Assembly (NCBI RefSeq): GCF_022045235.1
Contig: NW_027266270.1
Location: forward strand, 35,650,001-35,714,000
Origin: Haliotis cracherodii
Taxonomy: Eukaryota
DNA length: 64,000 bases
Reading direction: 5' to 3'
Shown in pieces: positions 54,280 through 64,000 of this stretch (its first letter is position 1; each line of letters opens with the position of its first letter). Made by a program: the position numbers and the translations under genes. The notes below the pieces were generated by a model. It made no database searches and had not been told where the DNA came from. It worked only from the letters and a program-made list of their open reading frames with translations.

Positions 54280-57200
54280 TATAAAGTCTTATTATTTACA
54301 ACAACACAAATATATATTCTCAGTGTAAACAATCCTCAACCTGGAATATCATCAAATGGTTAGAGGATCATATACAGTAAAAACATACAAAATCGGTTTG
54401 GAAACTATCTGATCACTTCGGATGAACTGGTCTTCAGTGCCCCATGTTTGTCATAAAGGTTAGACCTGGATGATCATAATGTCTGCTGATGGTATCACTG
54501 CCACTGTTGTTTTCTGGTCGGAACTTTAGGAGTTGCTCAACTTGTACCCAATCAGTTACACTATTGTGAATAAGATAAGCGTAAAACAAAATTTAATTAT
54601 TTACTGGTCACTATGATATAACAGCTACAATAAAGTGGGCTAAAACATTCACTCACTGACTGTAAGCTGGCCGATGGATACATTGAATTTGCAACAACAA
54701 TTTCACCAAAGTCATTGGGATTGGCCATAGACCACAAAAACAGGACTTGTCCTTCTGAATCGCAAGTGATGCTTACAACACTTCTATTACCTACAAGACA
54801 GCAAAGTGCATCTGTTTCATGGAACTTCGAAGAAGTCGTAATTAACCCTGAAAACCCTGCACGCACTGGTGCAAAATCACTTGCTATTAAATCTAACTGA
54901 CATGTGCAAGAAACATGCCAGGATCTCATGCTGTAGTCACAGGCATGCAGATATTGGCTTGTTTGTTTAATGCTGCGCTGACGCTATATGATGGCAGACT
55001 AATAATGAGTTGAATAACAATCCCCAGTCGGGGCAAGGTGACACCCAGTCAACTTGGTCACCGAACCTGACCATCCGATCAATTAGTCCTTCCTCTTATG
55101 ACCAGCATAGGTCGACAGGGAGCAATTCTAACCCGGCATGGGTATGCAAATAAACATCACTGCTTGCATGGAAACCCAATAGATCTGCAGTATATCAGTC
55201 TTCATCAAAAACGTTTGAGTATATAGGCACAAGCTTGTCTCTTGGCATCATTTCCAGTGAGTGTAGTGTTGATGTATGGACTATTATTAGCAACGTGTAT
55301 TAGACAAAACAAAACATTTGTAGACTCAGGTTGTGGACTGGTGGATGGAGATGCAGACTGGGAAGGATGGGTCGGATGATGTCCACACGGATTAGTATTG
55401 ACATATCCATCTTCCCAAATCCATAGGTCCACAGAAATATAATTATTCAGGGTTGTAACTGAACACAAAAGCTTAAGTAACCCAAGATAAAATGCCTTTG
55501 TAATGTAAAACAATGGCAACATTGGTAAAATTGTAATATCTGCAGGAATTTGTACTAGACCCGGGATAGTAAGCTGGTATTAAGTTCTAACCATGCTAAA
55601 AAATGGCTGTACTCGTTGTTAGAGGTGTTTAAGCGGATCGGGTGGTCAGACCCAGAGACTTGGTTGTTTGAACATCATGCTGTCCCAAATGCATGGATCG
55701 ATGATCACAATGTCAATCACTGCATTATATGGTCCAGATATTGACAGACTGCCATGATATTGCTGAGTGTGGCATTAAACAACAAACAAAGTGTTTCTGT
55801 TTTTGACTCAAAATAAAGAAAACATTTGCAAGACCAAACAAACTTCTCTTCTAATAGTTAATAAACAGGTTGAATTTACTGACACAGTATCATTTCCTAC
55901 CAACCACAGAGACTTCTTATATTACAGATGTTCGACATTATTTAATGACCACTGATGAACAACTTCTTTTCCTAACTGTCCTACCAACCCGTTGACCTTG
56001 AGACTTCCTTCCCATTATCAAGGTCAAATACAGGTGACCTTGACCTTTCATTAAAGCAAGATCAAGTATGGAAAAACTTAATTTGAGTGAGGATGAACTG
56101 GCTACTCAGATGGTAGAGAAAGGTCAAGTTCAGAGAAACAAAATCTGGATGTGGATGTACACATTATTGGCTGCTCAGATGAAATCAGCAATACCCCAAC
56201 ATGACCTCCTCAACCCTTCCACCACACCCATGGATTAACTGTCAGACGATGGCTGCTACCAATGGTATCACCAGAACAATCCATGATCAAGCACTAAGAA
56301 ACCATCGGCATCAAAGATACAATCTTAGATATTTTACCAAGTACATGTATAAGCTCATGGCCATGAATTGCGGTGTCTCCAGAAACCAATACCTTTCTGA
56401 GAAAGAATCGATGGTATAAGATACCCACATCCAAAGTACAACAACAGCTGACACATACTGACACATCAAAGCCTTCAATGTACAGCCGGTTCAAAGATGA
56501 ACACTTCAACAAAAACTGTCAATCTTTGAGAACGAAGTCAACATCTAAGCCTCCCAGATCTTCCACTGCACAAACCAGATCCACCTTCTTCAAGAAGGAA
56601 GACATGCAGAATGCTCACTTTAATACACAAACACACTGGGATTAAAAGCCTTAATTCAGCCATTCAAGCAAAACCAGCCATTTCATCGTTCCACATGATT
56701 CGAAGAGAAAGTGAGGAATTCAACAATGGCAACAGATTCCAAGAACCTGCCATGAACTTGGATGAATGTCTGGACACTAAATGCCAACATGAATGTGAGG
56801 ATATGTATTTCTTGAAGAAGGAATCCTGAAGAAGGACTTATTTCACCATGAACTAAGCTGTGCTCATCATAATGAAGCTAATTAACACTGTTCCCAAATG
56901 TCATAGAAAACCTTCAATAATCACCGATGCTGCCATAACTTTACCATTATCCAATCTACTGAATCCTGTGAAAGAGATTCTCTTTATGAAACTGATGCCT
57001 GGTTTTACAATGAAACATCAATATATCTGCTCAGGGACTGACTATTTTATATTCTGCAAGCTGGGATTTTTCTGAAAAACATATTAAAGCCTAAGCTACA
57101 AGGCCCTAAAAAACATAAAACAAGACAATCAGAAATAATCACTGGATGTGTTGTGGAAAAAAAATGCTATCAGAGAAAAACATTGTCTCTAACAAAAACC

Positions 57201-57733
57201 CAGCCCCCTTAGTTATCAAGAATAATAAATGGCGTTTCCTGTAATCTCTCCCTACAATGAGTTATTACATAACAGGAAGTGTTATAAATGATAATAATGT
57301 GGTACCATTCCGCAATATTGTTCATCAACTCCAGTCAAATTCTGATTCCACATATGTCACCAGTTGACACCAGGCTTCGTGTCAACCTCAACAAACTGAG
57401 TTTTGACATGTTAAGCACCAATGAGATTCCAAATATTCCTGTTCATGATTTTTTTCAAAGATGATGTGATACCATGCTCTGTTAGGCCCTTACTCCTACA
57501 TGCCAATTCTGCAGAGCAAACTTCCCAAGATGTTTCTCCTGAGTGTATTAAACCAGGCCTGCCTGACTGTCAGCCTATATCATTAGCTTCTGTCAATTCA
57601 GCAGTGACAGGTCTTGCCAGTGGAGTAGTCTGTAATCATCAAGTCTCAACCCTGCTGGACACAAGAGCCAGGCTGTCACACCAGCCCATTTAAAGCACTT
57701 CCATATCCCAACCTCAAATGTCATGCTGTTGAT

Positions 57734-57795
57734 GAGTGAGTATGGTCTTCGGCATGACAAGCGAACACTTTAACCAGTAGGGTACTCCTACGCCG
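57734..57795 (-). mobile_element. SINE family A with ~100-bp internal deletion
   Basis: Tail GAGTGAGTATGGT joined directly to CTTCGGCATGACAAGCGAAC; flanks GCTGTTGATGA / GCTGTCAATGA. Confidence 0.75.
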
Positions 57796-57872
57796 CTGTC
57801 AATGATGAACTGAGGACACATTCTATGCCTTGAGTGAAAGAAATACCAAGTTCCTGTATTGTATCTATAGAA

Positions 57873-58021
57873 TAGTTCACTTGTAACACCAAAGGTCTGG
57901 GTTCGATGCTTCACATGGATACAATGTGTGAAGCCAATCTCTGGTGTTCATTGCTTAACATTGCTGCCCAAAGTGGCATAAACATAGAGCTCACTCACTC
58001 ACTCACTCACTCACTCACTCA
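57873..58021 (+). mobile_element. SINE family A, degenerate, expanded (ACTC)n tail
   Basis: GGGTTCGATGC...ACAATGTGTGAAGCC...(CACT)n. Confidence 0.75.
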
Positions 58022-59834
58022 CACCCTTTTGGAGTCTGTTCCAACAGGTTACATGTCCAGGTGCAGAAGCTGAAGTCAATATGTGTTTGCATGTAGGCCC
58101 CACAGCCCTGGAAACACCAGATGTTAGTGACTTCATACTGCACCTGTGGCAAGCAGAACTCTCGGATAGTGCAAGACTGTTGACCTTTCATGCAATCACA
58201 GAAAGATTACTTGTACTGTCAAAGACGGTGTGTCATGTTTGTGGTGACTGATGTTTGGATGACACAGATTTCCTCTATCTTCAATGAGTGAGTGAGTGAG
58301 TGAGTGAGTGAGTGAGTGAGTGAGTGAGGTTCTAACGCTATCAACCGCTGGTATGCAGTGTATGACACCAAGAATATCACCATTAGCCCATTGGGCTATC
58401 AAGATATATATTCTGGTAACCCAGAATTTTGGAAGGTTGACCACCGTAGAGATTTGGCTTCCTGCAAAAATTAAACATCTGGACTGCAGAAGGTGCAAAC
58501 GAGAGCAATTTAGAGTAGGAATTAAAGAATTTTTTTCAGTTTTCAGACATATATATGTACATAGCTGGATAAATAAATAGATGTTGTCTAATCATGAAGA
58601 TGAACAAAGTCTAAATGTTTGAATGTGTAAGGACATTTATGGCTACAATGCATTATCGGCCATACTTCTAGTCCTATCTGGTCCTTCGGTCCAGCTTAAT
58701 CTCTCTCAAAGTAGACGAATCACAAATTTGTTGACCCTTTTCATGATCATAAAAATGAAGTAAAAAAAGTTCATCATCACAATTCCTACTGACAAATATT
58801 CTGAACATAACACTCTTAAATCACTCTCTCAAGCCAATTAACTCTCTCCTCACACCATTACTTGCCAACCATACCTTCACTAGCAACAGACAAGAAAGTA
58901 TGTAGAGGATAACATATCATGTTCACTGGATATTAGATGTGAGCCGGAACACTTGAAAATAAACCGCACTAAACAATTGAGGATGATTACCCTTTAGATT
59001 GATGGCTTGCCGAGCAAGCACCTCTGGTTACTTTGATGTATCTGACCTCAGTGACAACGGCCATCATCCCAGGCATCAGTTTGGTTACATTGATAGCATC
59101 ACATCTAAACTAACTTCTCAGTAATCAAAGTTTATGAGGTTAATATTCTGAAGAACATCCACTCAACCATGCCTTAACCATCCACAAAACGTAATGCCTG
59201 TGAAAATGCCGAAATTGGCTTATAACAACTGTAAACTCCCAGTGCACATCAGTCACTAACGTAGCCGCAAGTCATGAATACAAATGCGATGATATCTGGG
59301 TGACCAGTGTCAGCTTCCGTGGTGACCCTCGCCCAATCCAAGCACCACATTAAGCCATCAAAACTGAGTCTCTGGTGGGAGGTGTAAATCTTCATGCCAA
59401 GATGGAAGCAGAGTCCATCAGACAGACATTGATTGTACACAAGACAGCATAGTAACACTGGGCAAAGAAAGGGTCATACCTCAGCACAGCCAGCCAGGTC
59501 ACTCCAATAGAGATTTATGTTGTCAGACATTTAACATACTACAGCATTCTGTCCAGTAAGAAATGAAAACGGATATAAAACCAATTTAGGAATCAGCATG
59601 GTGTTTGAAATGCTGTTTATATAAGCTGTGATGGATATAAACAGATTTATCAGATCTTACACATTCGACTGCAATGGCACATCAGAGAATGTGGTCAGTC
59701 ATCAATTTTCAAGTCATACCACAGCAACCTTTAAATAGTCAAAGACTGACTGACTGAGGTTGATAGCATGACAATTCATTGTTCAGGGAAGAAGATAATC
59801 AGCCAGGTCACACATTGTAAGCACTGGTGATATG

Positions 59835-60063
59835 GGGGGCACTAGAGGCCCAGTCGTCTAAGGCGACGTAATTCGCTATGCAGAGTTGTGGGTTCGAATC
59901 CTGGTTCGCCCCTATTGTGTTTCTAGGTTTCATACCCGTGCTCGAGGGTTTCACTGAAGAACTGCATCACTTCAGAATTTCCTCCAACATTAAATACACG
60001 CCTTGGTATAACTGGAATACTCTTAAAAGAGGTATAAGACCCAGCTCACTCACTGACTCACTC
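59835..60063 (+). mobile_element. SINE family C-related with intact tRNA-like head
   Basis: GGCCCAGTCGTCTAAGGCG A box, GGTTCGAATCC B box, CTGCATCACTTCAGAATTTCCTCC body, ACTCACTC tail. Confidence 0.72.
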
Positions 60064-60191
60064 GTGATATGACATGATGTATGATGGACAAACTCTCTGG
60101 GAATCCCTATAGGGGGGCAACCACTGACAACAAGCAAGGGCTACTCTAGAAATTCCAACACTTTGGACATTGTCTGTTCAAATGAGCCAGT

Positions 60192-60530
60192 GACCTCCTC
60201 CGTGATCTAGTAGGAGAGCGTCCACCCAGAGAGTGGAGGTCCGGGGTTCGATCCCCGGCCTCGTCATACCAAAAGAAGTTAAAAGAAGGAACTTGTTGTT
60301 AGCCTACCTGGCGCTCGGTGTTAAAGGGGCCAAAACAAGGACTGGTCGGCTCAGAGTCAGTATACTGTGTCTGAGAGAGGTATTCATGTTAAATGGTGTC
60401 TCAGTGGGCTGGCACTATAAATCAGTTTTAGTCCGGACTAGTAAAAGCAGCCACACACACATGTGCATTCACATCGCAATATAAGTGCAATAATATTGGA
60501 CACACTGTTAAACTCCATTTCACCTCACCT
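60192..60530 (+). mobile_element. tRNA-derived SINE family B, full length
   Basis: Colinear with the 39092 copy; flanking direct repeat TCAAATGAGC. Confidence 0.88.
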
Positions 60531-60604
60531 CAAATGAGCTCAAGTTTCATTGCTGGTCTTGTAATGGGACAAAGTAGCAAACACGTAACTCTTTATACAA
60601 GATA

Positions 60605-60759
60605 GAGTGAGTGAGTAAATGAATATATAGCAATATTCCAGCAATATCATGGCAGGGGACACCAGAAATGGGCATCACACATTGTACCCTTGTCAGGAAT
60701 CAAACCTAGGTCTTGGGTGTGACAAGCGAACGCTTTAACCACTTGGCTACCCAACCACC
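60605..60759 (-). mobile_element. SINE family A
   Basis: Colinear with the other copies. Confidence 0.85.
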
Positions 60760-62220
60760 TCTTATAACAGACAGAGGAAGGGTGACAGCACATGATAGGG
60801 ATACAAATGTATTGCTTTCAAACATATTACTAAGTGAAGCGGAGTAATACACTTTGCACAGCAGTACCAGTATCTCCTGATCATGTCCTCCATGGCTGAG
60901 GGCTGCAGGTGGTGCGCACACAGCTAAGTTTTCGAACACGTCAGCCTTATTTCAGTTTTTCTGTCATGTTTTTGTTCACACATGGATCATGTTCACCACT
61001 CCATTACAAAATCCTGTGTTCCTAGGTTTGTCAGCCATACCTGTGCCCAAGGGTTTAACCAAAGTGGTAAACGCCTGATCTGCTTCACTTCGGGGTTCCC
61101 TCCCACATAAAGCTGACATGCTGATAACTTGTAAAAGCTGTGTAAACCCCAACTCATTCACTCAAAATCCTGGATCCTGTGTACTGCTACAATCTTTCTC
61201 AAATTGCAGGCAAAAAACACAAAAATGCAGGAATTGCACACACAGAAGTCTATTTAAAATAATATCTGCAAGACAGCTGTCAGGATACAAATGTACACAA
61301 TGTGTTCAAATAAAGTGCACTCACATTGGACAGGAGCCACTGTCTATGCTGAGGCTGAACTTTAACTGGCCAATTATCCCAAATCCACAACCCATAGCTT
61401 GTCTTTGCCAAGCCCAACTTCATTAGGTTCTATGTAAATTATGAAGACTGAAGCTGTGTTTGCTTGGACTCCTCTCTTAAAGTAATCCTTTACATAAATC
61501 ACAACAAATGGCACCAATCTACAGTAAGTCTCTGGGTGGCACCTGTCCCACAAACCAGTTATTCATGTATTGCTGGAAGCAGTCAGTGTAAAACCTACCT
61601 TTAAGACTAGCACAGCAGAAAGAAACCAGGGCATCATCATCCCCGACTAACAAATAGTCTGTGAAATGTTTTATTACACAAAACAAATCTCTCCTCCAAT
61701 TTTATTTTCCTGATGCTGATTTGTGGAACAGAGCTGGCAAGGCCTGATTTATATAAGCTAGACTGGTTTGGGTTTCATAAAAACTTCTATTCCAGTCCTG
61801 GTGTTGGTGCTCCTGCAGGACTCCCGTTGATCACTAAACACTGGGGGATAGGGAGCAGTCTTTAGTCTCCTATTAAGCTTCTGCATTGCCCCGATCAATG
61901 GCAGTCTGGTATTGGGGAATGGTTTCAAACTGCTCGTGAAACCCGCTGGTTAAGAAGGTCTGTACATGTGTGGGCACAGATAGGTGACAGTAAGTATAAC
62001 CCCCATGCAAAGACTGGACGAGCAGGAGGAGACAGCTGGCCATGAGCTGTAAGTCAGGCACAGGCTTGAGCTGTACAACAGGCAGACAGAAGCATGACTT
62101 GGCCATTAGGAATCCCCCCACAATGTTAAAGAATACTCTTTATTCAGTTCAGACCCACAAAGCAATTTTCGATAAAGTATAGGACATGACACCAGTGTTT
62201 GCAGAAGAAACATTGAAAGA

Positions 62221-62382
62221 ATGAGTGAGTGAGTTTGGTTTAACGCCGCTTTGAACAGTATTACAATTATAGTCATATCACTGCATGTCAGCTTAATATG
62301 GAAGGAAAGCCTGAGGTGATGCAGGTCTCGGACGTTTACCACTTTGGTGAAACCCACAAGCACGGGTATGGTGCTGACAAAC
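62221..62382 (-). mobile_element. SINE family C, 5'-truncated
   Basis: Body GGTTTCACCAAAGTGGTAAACG...GACCTGCATCACCTCAGGCTTTCC, tail GCGGCGTTAAACCAAACTCACTC; 13-bp TSD AAACATTGAAAGA. Confidence 0.82.
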
Positions 62383-62458
62383 AAACATTGAAAGATTGAA
62401 TATCACTGTTACTGTGGGATAACAATCCCAACTTTTCAACTGATTTGTAATAACTTTG

Positions 62459-62621
62459 CGTGAGTGAGTATGGTTTTACGCCGCTTTTAGCAATATTCCA
62501 GCAATATCACGGTGGGGGACACCAGAAATGGGCTTCACACATTGTACCCATGTCAGGAATTGAACCTGGGTCTTCGGCGGTACGAGCGGACGCTTTAACC
62601 ACTAGGCTACCCGACCGCCCC
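62459..62621 (-). mobile_element. SINE family A, full length
   Basis: Near-identical to the 14847 copy; 13-bp TSD TGTAATAACTTTG at 62446-62458 and 62622-62634. Confidence 0.9.
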
Positions 62622-64000
62622 TGTAATAACTTTGAATCATACATATATTAACTTTTGCAAACAAAATTTTATTACTCACAGGCTTTGAGCTGTGCAAACT
62701 GATTGGGTCAGAAGTCTGCTGAACTATTGTGAAAAACAGGAGTAATGCTTGTTATCATGTGGCAATGAATATTCTAACTGTAGGTATCCCCCAAGATGCC
62801 GTGTCTTTTACAAGATATGAATGAAACTTGAAATGCAAATACTAACAAAATCTTTCCCATAGAATACATTCCATAATTACCAATTAACAGATATAACATT
62901 TAGCAAATGATATATTTGTAATTGTGTTTGTATCACTACGCTTCTAATGTAGCGCCTATGTAACCTCCTCAAAAAAACCACGAGCTGATTGCCATCATGT
63001 CTAGCTTATAATGATTTGGAATCTGATGAATACAAATGTGTACTTTGCTGTTCTGTCTTGTCACAGAACTGTCCAGAACATCTTGAATATCTCCTGGAGG
63101 AGACAGTGACGAGGCAGTGTCTACAATTTACAAAACCTCTATTTCTCATCCATATTTGACATGAATAGTCAGAATGACACAAATCAATCTTGATAAATGT
63201 TAAAATGTCGATGATGTCTCTATTTCTGCAGTTTCAAAGAAAATCTATAACCTTAAAGTTATTACTGCTTATTGCTGTAAAGAGGAGAAATCCAAACAAA
63301 GAAATCATTGACAATAAAACAATGCACACATCTGTCAAACATTTCCAGAATTTCGTTTGACAGGGCACAGAAAGCAGCCAACAGTTGTCATTCATCTGAC
63401 CAAAACTAGCAGGTGTATAGCCTACACATTATTTTCATGTATTGAACAGACAATGAAGTCAAAGGTTAAGGTGACCTGAATGACAATGTTTTGGAGGCGT
63501 AGGATGTACAGGGGGACACAAATAACCCTCATAAAAAGGTAAATAGCACCATGGGACTTCACGTTCCAGAGCAAATCCTTTTTGCAGGGCTACTCATTCA
63601 AAGTATTCATGTCCCAAATGAGTATTCCTGTCGAACACGATGTTCCCATACAAAATGAGGTTCAAATAACCTAGCTATGAAAACAAAAAGGTTGTGGATA
63701 CTAATGTTAAAGATGGTGATGCTGGAAAGTCCTGCTGCAGTCATTATCAACTGCTAATGTTGCTTACATCGTAAACATAACATTCATGGAAGACAGGCTG
63801 CTGCCATGTCTTCAAGACAAGATGGAACACTTCACCAGTTGGCTCAAGCCTTGTAGTGACAGACACTAAATTCCAACATAGCTCATGGTACATATCCTAA
63901 TTAAGGGCCCTTGTTTGCCTTGAGTGTGGCTATCAGCAGTCTTATTGTACAAATTCAAAGTGACAGGCACTCCATAAAGTCACAGATGATAAGTCTATTC

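Noticed and set aside
56200-56830. Three consecutive plus-strand short ORFs suggesting a frameshifted relic
   Set aside because: No recognisable protein family; needs BLASTx/HMMER.
59835-59912. Possible tRNA gene
   Set aside because: A/B boxes are present, but there is no clean cloverleaf and the sequence runs into a SINE body and tail.

Overview
Eukaryotic (animal) genomic DNA. The repeat families look molluscan, most plausibly abalone/Haliotis, but that is an inference. Nearly the whole window lies inside one minus-strand gene, a phospholipase C-like protein (PLCL/PRIP). Four exons splice in frame: 37074-36925, 8394-8176, 5590-5551 (40 nt) and 3227-3098. They encode the PH domain, the linker and the first EF-hand region; no further exons were recognised, so the gene probably extends beyond both ends. 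The intron between the 40-nt exon and the EF-hand exon (3228-5550) is a minor-spliceosome U12 AT-AC intron (5' ATATCCTTTT, branch point TTCCTTAAC, 3' AC). The introns hold three tRNA-headed SINE families and a fourth, tRNA-less short retroposon with an apparently covarying pseudoknot-like 5' head. They also hold several nested MITEs (hAT-, Kolobok- and pogo-like), a Penelope-type minimal hammerhead-like remnant and more than a dozen minisatellite arrays. The long ORFs in the ORF track are artefacts of these arrays.
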